Notes: a model not told the origin generated them from the sequence alone. Positions 1 to 9,097 are shown, numbered from the stretch's first letter. The stretch: 64,000 nucleotides of DNA from Myxococcales bacterium (GCA_037441385.1 JBBISH010000019.1:1-64000), one strand, 5' to 3'. Translations and numbers: made by a program.

Positions 1-1809
1 CACCTTGGCTGCGTCGATGGGCGTGCCCCCGGTGCACTGGATGCCCTTGCCCGGCACGGGGCCGCAGGTTTCGCCCACGGTGCAGGCGTTGCCGTCGTCG
101 CAGGCGCCCGTGATGGCGGTCCAAGTGCAGCCTGCTTGGGGATCGCACGCGTCTTTGGTGCAGGCGTTGTCGTCGCTGCAGTTGACGGGGGGGGCCGCCT
201 GGCATGCGCCCGCCTTGCAGACTGGCGCTTCGGTGCATTTGCTGCCCACGCCGCACTGCGTCCCGTCCAAGACCGCCGTGTTGGCGCAGCCTTTGACGTT
301 GTCGCAAGTGTCGGCCGTGCAGACGTTGTTGTCGTTGCAAAGCTTGACGATGACGTTGGTGCACTTGCCCTGCAGGCACGTGCCCGTGTGGCAGGCGTCG
401 ACGGCGCACGGCGCGTTGTTGGGCGTAAACAGGCAGCCTTTGACCTTGTCGCAGGTGTCGACCGTGCACGGGTTGCCATCGTCGCAGACCACCGCAGCGC
501 CCTTGCAGGCGCCGCCCGTGCACGCATCGCCCTCGGTGCAGGTGTCGCTGTCGTTGCAGGCGCCGGTTGTGGGCGTGTAGATGCAGCCGGTCGGAGTGAC
601 GCAAGTGTCCACGGTGCAAGGGTTTTCGTCGTCGCAGACCTTGGCCGCCCCGGCCTTGCACAGGCCCTTTTGGCACGTGTCGTTGGCCGTGCAGGGGTTG
701 CCGTCTTCGCAGCCGCCGGTCACCGAGCCCGCAAACTGGCACATGCCGCTCTTGGGGTCGCAACTGTCTACCGTGCAAGGGTTGCCATCGTCGCAGTCGG
801 TGGGGACCGAGCCGGTGCACGCGCCATCTTTGCAGACGCCGGGCTTGATGCACGCGTTGCCCGTGGCGCAGGGCTCGGTGTTGTTGGCAGTGGCGCAGCC
901 CGTCGCGGGGTTGCAGCTGTCGGTGGTGCACGGGTTGTTGTCGTCGCAGGTCAGGGCGCTGCCGGCGCAGGTGCCGTCTTTGCACGTGTCGCCCACGGTG
1001 CAGGCATTGCCGTCGCTACACGGCGCGGTGCTTGGGCTGCTCGCACATTGGCCCGTGGCCTTGCTGCATGCCCAAGTGACGCACGGGTTGTTGTCGCCTG
1101 CGCAGACCATCGGCGCGCCAGCGGTGCAGGCTCCGGCCATACACTTGTCGCCCGTGGTGCACGCGTCGCCGTCGCTGCAGGGGCTGGCGTCGACCGCGGG
1201 GCCGATTCCGCAGGTGCCGGCCTGGCATACGGCCACTTTGCAGGGCTCGCTTGCGGCGGGGCAGTCCTGCGGGCCCTGGCAGCCGGCGTCTGCGGGGTTC
1301 GCATCGCCCGTGCCGTCGCCCGCTGCCGTGTCTCCGGGCACGGCGTCGCTCGGTTCGCTATCTGTCGGCACAGAGTCGGTTGCCGTCGTGTCGCCAGCCG
1401 TTGCGTCGCCGGGGACCGCATCGCCGGGCTCGCCATCGGCCGGGCTGGCATCGGTGGGTTCGCTGTCCGGCTGGGGCCCGCCATCGCTTTGCGCGTCCGA
1501 ACCTTGCGCGTCGGTTCCCTGGGAGTCCGACGCCGCGGCGTCTTGGGCTGCGGCGTCGCCCGCAGCATCGGCGGCGGTGTCTGGCTCGGCATCGGACTGC
1601 AACTGGTCGTCGCCGGTGTCTTGGGTGGCTGTGGCGTCGCCAGCCAGTTCGTCCAGCCCGCTTTGATCGGCCGCCATGTCCTGACTGCCAAGGACTGTCG
1701 GCTGCAACACCTGATCGTCGCCACATCCCGCCAGGAGCGCGGCCGTCAGAAGTCCTGTCAGCAGAACCGATTGGTAGCGGACCAAGTTGTGCAACCGCGA
1801 CGGCGTCAT
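1..1809 (-). CDS. Cys-rich repeat lipoprotein (CDDGNxCT-type repeats); runs off the left edge of the window
   Basis: Not in the ORF track because it is open-ended. Translated by hand from ATG 1809: MTPSRLHNLVRYQSVLLTGLLTAALLAGC (lipobox), Asp/Ala-rich linker, then repeats such as CDDGNACTVGETC at the left edge. AGGA lies upstream. Confidence 0.8.
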   Translation of the reverse strand, partial: MTPSRLHNLVRYQSVLLTGLLTAALLAGCGDDQVLQPTVLGSQDMAADQSGLDELAGDATATQDTGDDQLQSDAEPDTAADAAGDAAAQDAAASDSQGTDAQGSDAQSDGGPQPDSEPTDASPADGEPGDAVPGDATAGDTTATDSVPTDSEPSDAVPGDTAAGDGTGDANPADAGCQGPQDCPAASEPCKVAVCQAGTCGIGPAVDASPCSDGDACTTGDKCMAGACTAGAPMVCAGDNNPCVTWACSKATGQCASSPSTAPCSDGNACTVGDTCKDGTCAGSALTCDDNNPCTTDSCNPATGCATANNTEPCATGNACIKPGVCKDGACTGSVPTDCDDGNPCTVDSCDPKSGMCQFAGSVTGGCEDGNPCTANDTCQKGLCKAGAAKVCDDENPCTVDTCVTPTGCIYTPTTGACNDSDTCTEGDACTGGACKGAAVVCDDGNPCTVDTCDKVKGCLFTPNNAPCAVDACHTGTCLQGKCTNVIVKLCNDNNVCTADTCDNVKGCANTAVLDGTQCGVGSKCTEAPVCKAGACQAAPPVNCSDDNACTKDACDPQAGCTWTAITGACDDGNACTVGETCGPVPGKGIQCTGGTPIDAAKV

Positions 1810-1997
1810 GTGCGTTCCTGAGGCGGCGTCCTGCTTGGCGGTCCGCCATTCGTCGCCGTCACAATGCAGACTTGGCCCTGCAAGGTCAAGAACGTGCCAG
1901 AACACGAATGCAGGCGTTGGGGTCGCGGTGCACCCCAAGCGCTAGCGCTGCCGTCGCCCCGTTTGCAGGCCCGCATCGCTTGGCGCATCCTCCGGCC

Positions 1998-4415
1998 ATG
2001 ACCGCTCGTTCTCAGCCGCTCTTGCCCTCGCTTGCCGAAGAACTGAGCGCCGAACCCGTGTCCGCGGCGCCATCCCCGAGATCGACCTCGCCACGCCGCG
2101 CCAAGCCTGCGCGCCCGCGACGTCCAGCCGCGCCCGGTGAGGCCGGTCCAGGGCAGCATGCCGACCAGTTTGCTCAGGTTGCGGTCCCTGCCCAGTTGGA
2201 GCCGCTCACCTATGCCGTACCCGCGGCCTGCGCGGGTCAGGTGCAAGTGGGGAGCCGGGTCAACGTCCCGCTTCGCGGCCGTGTAGAGGTGGGTTTGGTC
2301 ATGGAGTGCGGTCCGATGGCCCAAGCGCCTTTGGAGGCCGCGCGCTTGCGACCCATCTTGGCGGCCCTGGAGGGGCCACCGCTGCCGCAGGATCTGCTCG
2401 CCACCCTGCGGTTCATGGCGCGCTACTACCACGTTCCGCTGGGGCAGGTGGTCCGGGCGACGCTGTCGGCGCCGCTGCGCCGCACGGGGTTGGGGGACGA
2501 TGTCGAGGACACTCGTCAGCAAGAAATGGTGGGCGCTACGTTTGTGCGCCCCTGGCCGGACGACCTGAGCCGCGCCGAAGTCCGCCTGCTGCACCGCATC
2601 GAGGCCGAGGGCACGATCGCCCTGCGCGAGTTGCGGAAAAAGACTCCTGGTAGCCCGGCCTTGCAGGCCAGCAGCGCAGCCGTGGCCGAGCTGCAGCGGC
2701 GGGGCCTGGTCCACCTGTGGCAAGAGCGAGTGCTGCGCGACCCGCTTGGGATGCGCCAACCGGCCATCCGCGACGCGCCGCCAGCGCTGACCGATGAGCA
2801 ACACCGCGCGGTGACTGCCGTTTGCGCGGACCTGGACGCCGGCCGCTACGCTGGCCACCTGTTGCATGGGGTCACGGGCTCGGGCAAGACCGAGGTGTAC
2901 CTGCACATTATTTCTCACGCTTTGGCGCAGGGGCGCACCGCCGTGGTGCTGGTTCCCGAGATCGCGCTGACGCCGCAACTGGTGCAGCGGTTCCGGGCGC
3001 GCTTTGGCGATCCCGTCGCGGCCTTGCACTCGGCGATGAGCGAAGGCGAGCGCACCGACGCGTTCGAGCGGATCCGCAGCGGCGCGGCTCAGATCGTCGT
3101 TGGTCCGCGATCGGCCCTGTTTGCACCGATGCCCAACTTGGGCGTGGTGGTGGTCGACGAGTGCCACGACAGTTCGTTCAAGCAACAATCTGGGTTGCGC
3201 TACCACGCCCGCGACGTGGCGTTGGTCCGGGCCCAGGCTGCGCAGGCCGTGTGTGTTTTGGGTTCAGCCACGCCAAGTTGCGAAGAGCTGCAACTGGTGA
3301 TGGCGGGGCGCCTGGCGCTGCAGGTGCTGAGCCAACGGCCCCGTTCGGCGCAAATGCCGCACGTGCGGACGTTGGACCTGCGGCTGGCCGACCGGCTGGT
3401 CGACCCACAAGCTCCTGACCGGCCATCGCTTTTGTCGCACGAGCTGCTCGGGGCGGTGCGCGACACGGTGGCCCGCGGCGACCAGGCGATGCTGCTCCAC
3501 AACCGCCGCGGGTTCGCCACCAGCATGCTCTGCGCTGGTTGCGGCACCGCGGTCGAGTGCCCCGAGTGCGCCGTCGCCCTGACCTGGCACCGCCAAACCG
3601 GCCGATTGCGCTGCCATTGGTGCGACTTGTCGCTCCCCGACGCCATCTCGTGCCCGCAGTGCGGCGGACGCAATTGGATCGGCATCGGCTCTGGTACCGA
3701 GCGCATCGAGGCAACCCTGGCGCACCACTTGCCCGGCGTGCGCGTGGCCCGCTTGGATCGCGACACCGCCTCTGGGCAGCGCCTGATGGATACGCTGCAG
3801 CGCTTTCGCGATCGGGAGATCGACGTCCTGGTCGGCACGCAGATGCTGGCCAAAGGCCACGACTTTCCGCGAGTGACCTTGGTCGGGGTCGTGCTGGCCG
3901 AAGCCGGGCTGACCGTGCCCGATTTCCGAGCGAGCGAGCGCACCTACCAGCTGTTGACCCAAGTGGCGGGCCGGGCGGGGCGCGCCGAGCGGCCAGGGTC
4001 GGTGGTGATCCAGACCTTCAAGCCCGAGCATCCGGCCATCGCGGCCGTCTTGGCGGGCGACAGCGCAGGTTTTGCCGAGCGTGAGAGCCAGGCGCGTCGC
4101 GATGCCGGCTACCCGCCGTGGGCCCACCTGGCGCTGATCGAGGTGCGCCATGCCGAAGTAGAGGTCGTCCGCAGCTACATGGAACGCATCGCGGCCGAGT
4201 TGCGCGCGGTGGGGGCCGAGGTGCGCGGTCCCGTGATGGCCTCGGTAGCGCGCTTGCGGGGAATTTGGCGGATTCACGCCCTGTTGCGTTGCGCTCAACG
4301 CCCGCAACTGCACCAGTGGCTCCGCCATTTGCACGCGGTGATCTTGCCCGGCCTGGGCCGCTTGCCGGCCGGCCTAGAGGTCCAGGTCGACGTGGACCCG
4401 CAGGGGCTGGAATAG
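1998..4415 (+). CDS. priA: Primosomal protein N' (PriA helicase)
   Basis: LHGVTGSGKTEVY Walker A, DECHD, four CxxC pairs, GTQMLAKGHDFP, QVAGRAGR. Start moved from 1251 to in-frame ATG 1998. Confidence 0.95.
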   Translation: MTARSQPLLPSLAEELSAEPVSAAPSPRSTSPRRAKPARPRRPAAPGEAGPGQHADQFAQVAVPAQLEPLTYAVPAACAGQVQVGSRVNVPLRGRVEVGLVMECGPMAQAPLEAARLRPILAALEGPPLPQDLLATLRFMARYYHVPLGQVVRATLSAPLRRTGLGDDVEDTRQQEMVGATFVRPWPDDLSRAEVRLLHRIEAEGTIALRELRKKTPGSPALQASSAAVAELQRRGLVHLWQERVLRDPLGMRQPAIRDAPPALTDEQHRAVTAVCADLDAGRYAGHLLHGVTGSGKTEVYLHIISHALAQGRTAVVLVPEIALTPQLVQRFRARFGDPVAALHSAMSEGERTDAFERIRSGAAQIVVGPRSALFAPMPNLGVVVVDECHDSSFKQQSGLRYHARDVALVRAQAAQAVCVLGSATPSCEELQLVMAGRLALQVLSQRPRSAQMPHVRTLDLRLADRLVDPQAPDRPSLLSHELLGAVRDTVARGDQAMLLHNRRGFATSMLCAGCGTAVECPECAVALTWHRQTGRLRCHWCDLSLPDAISCPQCGGRNWIGIGSGTERIEATLAHHLPGVRVARLDRDTASGQRLMDTLQRFRDREIDVLVGTQMLAKGHDFPRVTLVGVVLAEAGLTVPDFRASERTYQLLTQVAGRAGRAERPGSVVIQTFKPEHPAIAAVLAGDSAGFAERESQARRDAGYPPWAHLALIEVRHAEVEVVRSYMERIAAELRAVGAEVRGPVMASVARLRGIWRIHALLRCAQRPQLHQWLRHLHAVILPGLGRLPAGLEVQVDVDPQGLE

Positions 4416-4469
4416 CGCGCGGCTCCTCCTGTATCTTGCGCGCCCCGGCGGCACCGGGCAGGGTAGGCC

Positions 4470-5411
4470 ATGCTGCACTTGCACCCCCAGCAACTGGACC
4501 TGGCCGTGGCAGCGCTGCAGCGCGGCGAGTTGGTCGCCATTCCCACCGAGACGGTGTATGGCTTGGCCGGCGACGCCACCCGCGACGACAGCGTCGCGCG
4601 CATTTTTGCGTGCAAAGGTCGGCCGAATTTCAACCCGCTGATTGCGCACGTGGCCGATCGCGCCGCAGCGGAACAGCTTGTGACCTTTGACCCGATCTCG
4701 CGCCGATTGGCCGAGCAGTTCTGGCCGGGACCGCTGACGCTGGTTCTGCCGCGGCGCAGCGACTGCCCGGTGTCTTGGCTGGCCTCGGCCGGTCTGGATA
4801 CGCTCGCCATTCGCGTGCCAGATCACCCGGTTACGCTCGAGTTGCTGCAAAAACTGGGCCGCCCGCTGGCGGCGCCCAGCGCCAACCCGTCTGGCCGCCT
4901 TAGCCCAACGACGGCCGAGCACGTCCTGGCGGGGCTGGCCGGCGAACTTGCGGCGGTTCTGGACGGCGGGCCGTGTCGCGTGGGCTTGGAGTCGACGGTG
5001 GTGCAAGTGGTGGGCGGGCAGCCGTGGCTGCTGCGGCCGGGTGGCCTGGCGCGGCCAGCCCTGGAGGCGATCGCGGGGCCGCTGGCGCAAGCCCAAGACG
5101 CGGAGCAGCCGCGCTCGCCAGGGCAGTTGGCCAGCCATTACGCGCCCCATAGCCCGTTGCGGTTGGAGGCCACGCAAGTTGCCGCCAACGAAGCCTTATT
5201 GGCGTTTGGACCCCATCCGTTGGCGGGCGCGCGGGCGGTGTTGAACTTGAGCCCGCGCGGCGACACGACCGAGGCGGCGGCCCATCTTTTTGCCTACCTG
5301 CGTGATCTGGATGCGCTCGCGCCGGCCGCGATCGCGGTCATGCCTATCCCTGTTGCGGGGCTGGGCGAAGCCATTGCCGACCGACTGCGGCGCGCGGCTC
5401 AACCCAGGTAG
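4470..5411 (+). CDS. sua5: L-threonylcarbamoyladenylate synthase (Sua5/TsaC2 type)
   Basis: PTETVYGL, KGRPNFNPLIAH, APSANPSG, and C-terminal SUA5 linker SPGQLASHYAP. Confidence 0.93.
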   Translation: MLHLHPQQLDLAVAALQRGELVAIPTETVYGLAGDATRDDSVARIFACKGRPNFNPLIAHVADRAAAEQLVTFDPISRRLAEQFWPGPLTLVLPRRSDCPVSWLASAGLDTLAIRVPDHPVTLELLQKLGRPLAAPSANPSGRLSPTTAEHVLAGLAGELAAVLDGGPCRVGLESTVVQVVGGQPWLLRPGGLARPALEAIAGPLAQAQDAEQPRSPGQLASHYAPHSPLRLEATQVAANEALLAFGPHPLAGARAVLNLSPRGDTTEAAAHLFAYLRDLDALAPAAIAVMPIPVAGLGEAIADRLRRAAQPR

Positions 5412-5499
5412 GTAAGAAACTGTCCTAATATCCGGCGGTTTGAGCCGTCGCGGGCGACGCTGGAGCACCGATCAGCAGGCCAAACTTCTAGGCCAACGT

Positions 5500-5606
5500 C
5501 GCGGCCAGTCGCCGCAGGCGCTCGTTTGCGCCCGACTTGGGGCCAGAGACGCGACCGGCAGAGCGAATACCTGAACGAATGTCCTGTAATTGGTCGAGTC
5601 TCTAGA
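5500..5606. repeat. Family A interspersed hairpin element, copy 1 (MITE/REPIN-like)
   Basis: Ungapped 107-bp match to 39935-40041 with 13 mismatches by hand count; ends on the CTAG that supplies the histidine kinase stop codon. Confidence 0.85.
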
Positions 5607-6927
5607 CCTGGCCGTCCGCCGCCGCTTGGGGCAGTTCCATGCCCACCACCGCGCCGCGCTGGGCGCCGTTGTTCGCATAGGCGCGACCGCCGTGCGCCTG
5701 GGCGATCTTGGCCACCAAGTGCAGACCAAGTCCCAGGTTCTCGGCGCGATGACCGGCGCCGCGGAACGGTTCGAAAGCTTGTTCTGCCTCGCCTTGGGCA
5801 AATCCCGGGCCGTCGTCTTCTACTTCGATGCGCAAGCGGCCGTCGCCGCTTCGAATTCGCAGCATTTTGACGCCATGACCATGGCGGCGCGCATTTTCGA
5901 GCAAATTGGCAAGCGCGCGCTGGAGCAACGTGGCGTCGCCGGTCACCGCGGCGTGCTCGCACTCCACATCCAGCAGCGTGGGGTCCAGTCCCAGCCGTTC
6001 CAGCACCTCGATGGCCAGATCGACCATCCGTACGCGATCTTGGCGCAATTCGCGAAACTCGAGCCGCGCGTTGGCCAGCAGTTGCCCCACCATGCCGTCG
6101 ATGTCCAGGACTTCTCGCTCGCACTGGGCCAGCCGCCGCGCCGTCTCGGTCCCGGGCGCCACGTCGTTCCGCTCTTGTTCCAGGAGCAGGCGCAAATGGC
6201 CAAGCGGTGTGCGCAGTTCGTGCGACACAGCGGCCAGCAGTTCGCGCTGTTCGCGCAACTGCCGCTCGACCTGACTGGCCATGTCGGCCAACGTCTCGGC
6301 CACCAGCTGCACGTCGCGGTGCCAGACCGAGCGGTTGGACGCAAACGGCGACTTTACGTTCAAGTTGCCCGCGCTTACGGACTCGGCCACGCGTGCGACC
6401 TCTTCGAGCGGCCGCGCGATCTGCCGGGCGAACAGGCGCGCCACAACCACCAAGAGCAGCGTGGCAAGCACTACGCCCACATAGATCCGAGTCCGATCGC
6501 TGCGCGGCACGCAGAGCAGGATACTGCCCAGACGTTTGCCTTCGCGGCGCACCGCCGGCCAGCGATCCAGCCGCCGCGGACACTGGGATCCCGCCGAGTC
6601 CACCACCGCCCCGTTTGCGTCGCGCAGTTCCACCCGCAAGTGCCCGTCGCCCGACAAGGTCTCGAGCAAGTCGTGGCGCGCGGTCGGGTTGTCCCACACC
6701 AGAGCCAACTGCCCTACGACCAGGCGATGCACGTTCTCGAACCGACTTGCCGAATTGTCGGTCGACAGCGCGCCGGCCATCCAACTGGCGCCGCCCGCAA
6801 TCGCTGCAGTCAGCACCATACTCATGAACAGCCAGGCGGTCAGGCGCCGCTGCAGGCGGGCGCCCACATAGCTGCGCAGCCGCTGGTACGGCGTGGTCGG
6901 GGTGGGCAATGGCGTCTTGCTGCGCAT
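5602..6927 (-). CDS. HAMP-domain sensor histidine kinase
   Basis: Two hydrophobic segments, HAMP (IARPLEEVARVAE), H-box VSHELRTPL, N-box NLLENARRHG, G-boxes DDGPG and GLGL. Confidence 0.93.
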   Translation of the reverse strand: MRSKTPLPTPTTPYQRLRSYVGARLQRRLTAWLFMSMVLTAAIAGGASWMAGALSTDNSASRFENVHRLVVGQLALVWDNPTARHDLLETLSGDGHLRVELRDANGAVVDSAGSQCPRRLDRWPAVRREGKRLGSILLCVPRSDRTRIYVGVVLATLLLVVVARLFARQIARPLEEVARVAESVSAGNLNVKSPFASNRSVWHRDVQLVAETLADMASQVERQLREQRELLAAVSHELRTPLGHLRLLLEQERNDVAPGTETARRLAQCEREVLDIDGMVGQLLANARLEFRELRQDRVRMVDLAIEVLERLGLDPTLLDVECEHAAVTGDATLLQRALANLLENARRHGHGVKMLRIRSGDGRLRIEVEDDGPGFAQGEAEQAFEPFRGAGHRAENLGLGLHLVAKIAQAHGGRAYANNGAQRGAVVGMELPQAAADGQV

Positions 6928-6963
6928 CGTTGGGGCCAGTTTGCCGATCGCGGGGACGGGCGG

Positions 6964-7647
6964 CTATCCGCGCATGTCGCGGGCCAGCACGTAGCCCACA
7001 CCGCGGACCGTCTTGATCAGACGCGGGTTGCGCGAGTCGTCGTTCAGCTTGTTGCGCAGGTGCGAGATGTGCACATCGACCGTGCGCTCGCTGACCATCA
7101 CATCGCTGCGGCCCGCCTCGGTCAGCAGCGCATCGCGGGGCACCACCCGTCCGGCGCGGCGCATCAGCGCGACCAGCAAGTCGAATTCCAGCCCAGTCAA
7201 GCCAAGTTGCACGCCGCCGCGCAACGCGACCCGGCCCGCCACGTCCGCGACCAAGTCGCCCACGATCATCGTCTCGGCCTGCATGTCGGGACGGGCACGC
7301 CGCAGTACCGCCTTGATGCGGGCAAACAGCTCGCGGGCCGAGAAGGGCTTGGGGATGTAGTCGTCCGCGCCCAACTCCAGACCCACGATGCGATCCGCCT
7401 CGTCGCCGCGCGCGGTGAGCATGAGGATTGGCACCGTGGACCGGGCACGCAACCGCCGGCACACCTCTAGCCCGTCCATGCCCGGCATCATCACGTCGAG
7501 CAAAATCGCGTCGAACGCGCGCGACTCAGCCAGGGCCAAGCCGCGGGGACCGTCGGCCGCCCACGTCAAGCTGACGTCTTGTTCGCGAAAGCTCTGGTCC
7601 AACAGCTCAAAAAGCTTGGCGTCGTCGTCGATCAGTAGCACTTGCAT
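6964..7647 (-). CDS. OmpR-family response regulator (CpxR-like)
   Basis: LLIDDD, LLDVMMPGMDG, LTARGDEADRIVGLELGADDYIPKPF, winged helix RTVDVHISHLRNKL and KTVRGVGY. Confidence 0.95.
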   Translation of the reverse strand: MQVLLIDDDAKLFELLDQSFREQDVSLTWAADGPRGLALAESRAFDAILLDVMMPGMDGLEVCRRLRARSTVPILMLTARGDEADRIVGLELGADDYIPKPFSARELFARIKAVLRRARPDMQAETMIVGDLVADVAGRVALRGGVQLGLTGLEFDLLVALMRRAGRVVPRDALLTEAGRSDVMVSERTVDVHISHLRNKLNDDSRNPRLIKTVRGVGYVLARDMRG

Positions 7648-7668
7648 GGGGCCTCGGGGGCTGGCTCG

Positions 7669-7696
7669 CCGTCGATTCTACACCGTCGATTCTACA
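7669..7696. repeat. Perfect 14-bp tandem duplication CCGTCGATTCTACA x2
   Basis: Seen directly; each unit reads TAGAAT (-10-like) on the minus strand, just upstream of the regulator start. Confidence 0.9.
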
Positions 7697-7707
7697 ACGG
7701 TCTGCAA

Positions 7708-7830
7708 GGGGGAAAAGACAAGAAAGCGACCCGGTAGTCCTACTTGCCAGTCGGGGAGAGGATGCTGGAGTACGGCAGGACTGCCGGGTCGCCGGGTCGC
7801 ACTGTGACAGCAACTGGCAAAGGTAGGATT
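7708..7830 (-). ncRNA. Candidate structured small RNA or attenuator
   Basis: 16-bp inverted repeat 7726-7741/7777-7792 (1 mismatch) followed on the minus strand by TTTCTTGTCTTTT; alternative pairing 7736-7751 with 7813-7830; loop contains CTCC and CCTCTCCCC. Confidence 0.45.
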
Positions 7831-7838
7831 GTCGTCAT

Positions 7839-7853
7839 GTAAAGAAGCGCAAA
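7839..7853 (+). promoter_or_regulatory. CpxR-type direct repeat GTAAA-N5-GCAAA
   Basis: 9/10 match to the E. coli CpxR consensus GTAAA(N5)GTAAA, about 190 bp upstream of a CpxR-like regulator. Confidence 0.5.
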
Positions 7854-7860
7854 AATGGCG

Positions 7861-8814
7861 CTACGGATCGGCCGATGCGGCGGTCTTTGCAGCCCTTGGT
7901 CGGCGGACTTTGGCTGCGAGCGTCATGGGGGCGGGTGCGGCGCCTGAGCCAACGGGGCTGGCGGTGTCGGGGCCGCTGCTTGCGGCGGTCGGCTCGCCGA
8001 GCGCGGCCGTTTCTGCGGTGGCATGGTCAGCCGGGCCTTCGGATTCACCAGCAAACACGATTGGTTCGGCCTTCTCGCCCTCGGGCGTATGAGCGCCCGG
8101 CAGCAGCGAAACACGCAGCTCGTGGGCCGTGGGTACCACCACCAGCAGATCGTCTTGGGCCCGCAACAAATCCGACAGCGTCCGGTGCCCCAAGTCGCGG
8201 TAGCGGAAGTTGGGCATCAGTTTGAGCAAGTGCATCCCGATCGCGCCTGCGGTTACGCTGTCGCGCGGCCGCAGGTATTCCAAGAGTACTGCGCGAAATT
8301 GCTCAAGTGTTGGTGCTACTTGGGGCCCAGTCGCCTCGACTTGAACCTCGCCCGCCACGGGCTCGCTGCGCTCTTCGTCGCTGCGATCCAAGTCCAGGTG
8401 CTCGAACCGGTCGCAGGCGGCAATCAGGGCATCGGTGACCGCCCGCCCCATCGGGGCGACGCCGATCACCGTCTTGCCGCGCTGGCGCAGCCGGTGCGCC
8501 AAGGGCACAAAGTCCGAGTCGCCTGTGGCCAACACAAACGTGCGCACCGCCGGCGATAGGTACATGAACTCGATCGCGTCGACCACGATCGCGATGTCGG
8601 CCGAGTTCTTGCCGCTGGCGCGCAAGATTTGCGTGGGCACGCCGCCCAGATCCAGCGTGGTGTTCCACGCCTGCTGATAGCCGCGCCGCCAATCCGCGTA
8701 GACCGCCAAATGGCAGACCCGGCCCTGAGTTGCGGCAAACTCGGCCGTGGGCTTGATGAACGGCGAGCCGACGTTTTCGAGATCGACGAAGACGGCGACG
8801 TTCTCGGCGTGCAT
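7861..8814 (-). CDS. NYN (LabA/DUF88, PIN-like) domain protein with OST-HTH domain
   Basis: AVFVDLENV, GKNSADIAIVVDA, LATGDSDFVPL; C-terminal FRYRDLGHRTLSDLL. Confidence 0.88.
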   Translation of the reverse strand: MHAENVAVFVDLENVGSPFIKPTAEFAATQGRVCHLAVYADWRRGYQQAWNTTLDLGGVPTQILRASGKNSADIAIVVDAIEFMYLSPAVRTFVLATGDSDFVPLAHRLRQRGKTVIGVAPMGRAVTDALIAACDRFEHLDLDRSDEERSEPVAGEVQVEATGPQVAPTLEQFRAVLLEYLRPRDSVTAGAIGMHLLKLMPNFRYRDLGHRTLSDLLRAQDDLLVVVPTAHELRVSLLPGAHTPEGEKAEPIVFAGESEGPADHATAETAALGEPTAASSGPDTASPVGSGAAPAPMTLAAKVRRPRAAKTAASADP

Positions 8815-8815
8815 G

Positions 8816-9097
8816 TCAGGTCAACGCTTCTTGCAGCCGGCGTGCGATCGAGCCCTTGAGCTTGTCGGCGTCGATACCCGCGGCGCGAGCCATCATGCCC
8901 AACTCGACGTTGACGACCACGTCTTTGTCGCTGACCACGACGTCGCCGCCGACGCCAATGCCCTTGATTTTAGCGCTGTTGCCGTTCCATTCGAGCTTGG
9001 CGCGGTACTTGGCCAGCATCTCTTCGAACTGACCAACAGCCTCTTTGGCTTTGGCCTGGCTCAACTGGTGGGTCTGCTGCACGCGAATGTTCGCCAT
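8816..9097 (-). CDS. Polyhydroxyalkanoate-system-like small protein (PHA_gran_rgn type)
   Basis: 93 aa, MANIRVQQTHQLSQ...LEWNG...GVGG pattern; AGGAG upstream. Confidence 0.7.
   Translation of the reverse strand: MANIRVQQTHQLSQAKAKEAVGQFEEMLAKYRAKLEWNGNSAKIKGIGVGGDVVVSDKDVVVNVELGMMARAAGIDADKLKGSIARRLQEALT

Noticed and set aside
5..1821. Plus-strand ORFs 5..580, 136..1821 and 581..1666
   Set aside because: Antisense shadows of the Cys-rich minus-strand gene; their QVS/VQA periodicity is the reverse complement of C-D/C-T codons
1885..1899. Possible sigma54 promoter TGGCACGTTCTTGAC on the minus strand
   Set aside because: Good -24 element, but the -12 position reads AC rather than GC
1251..1997. 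N-terminal extension of the PriA ORF
   Set aside because: Overlaps the opposite-strand gene and is Arg/Pro-rich; ATG 1998 fits PriA
7750..7792. Resemblance of GGGAGAG..AGGACTGCCGGG to a 5S rRNA 3' end
   Set aside because: No 5S internal motifs (CCGAAC, GATGGTA) and no rRNA context
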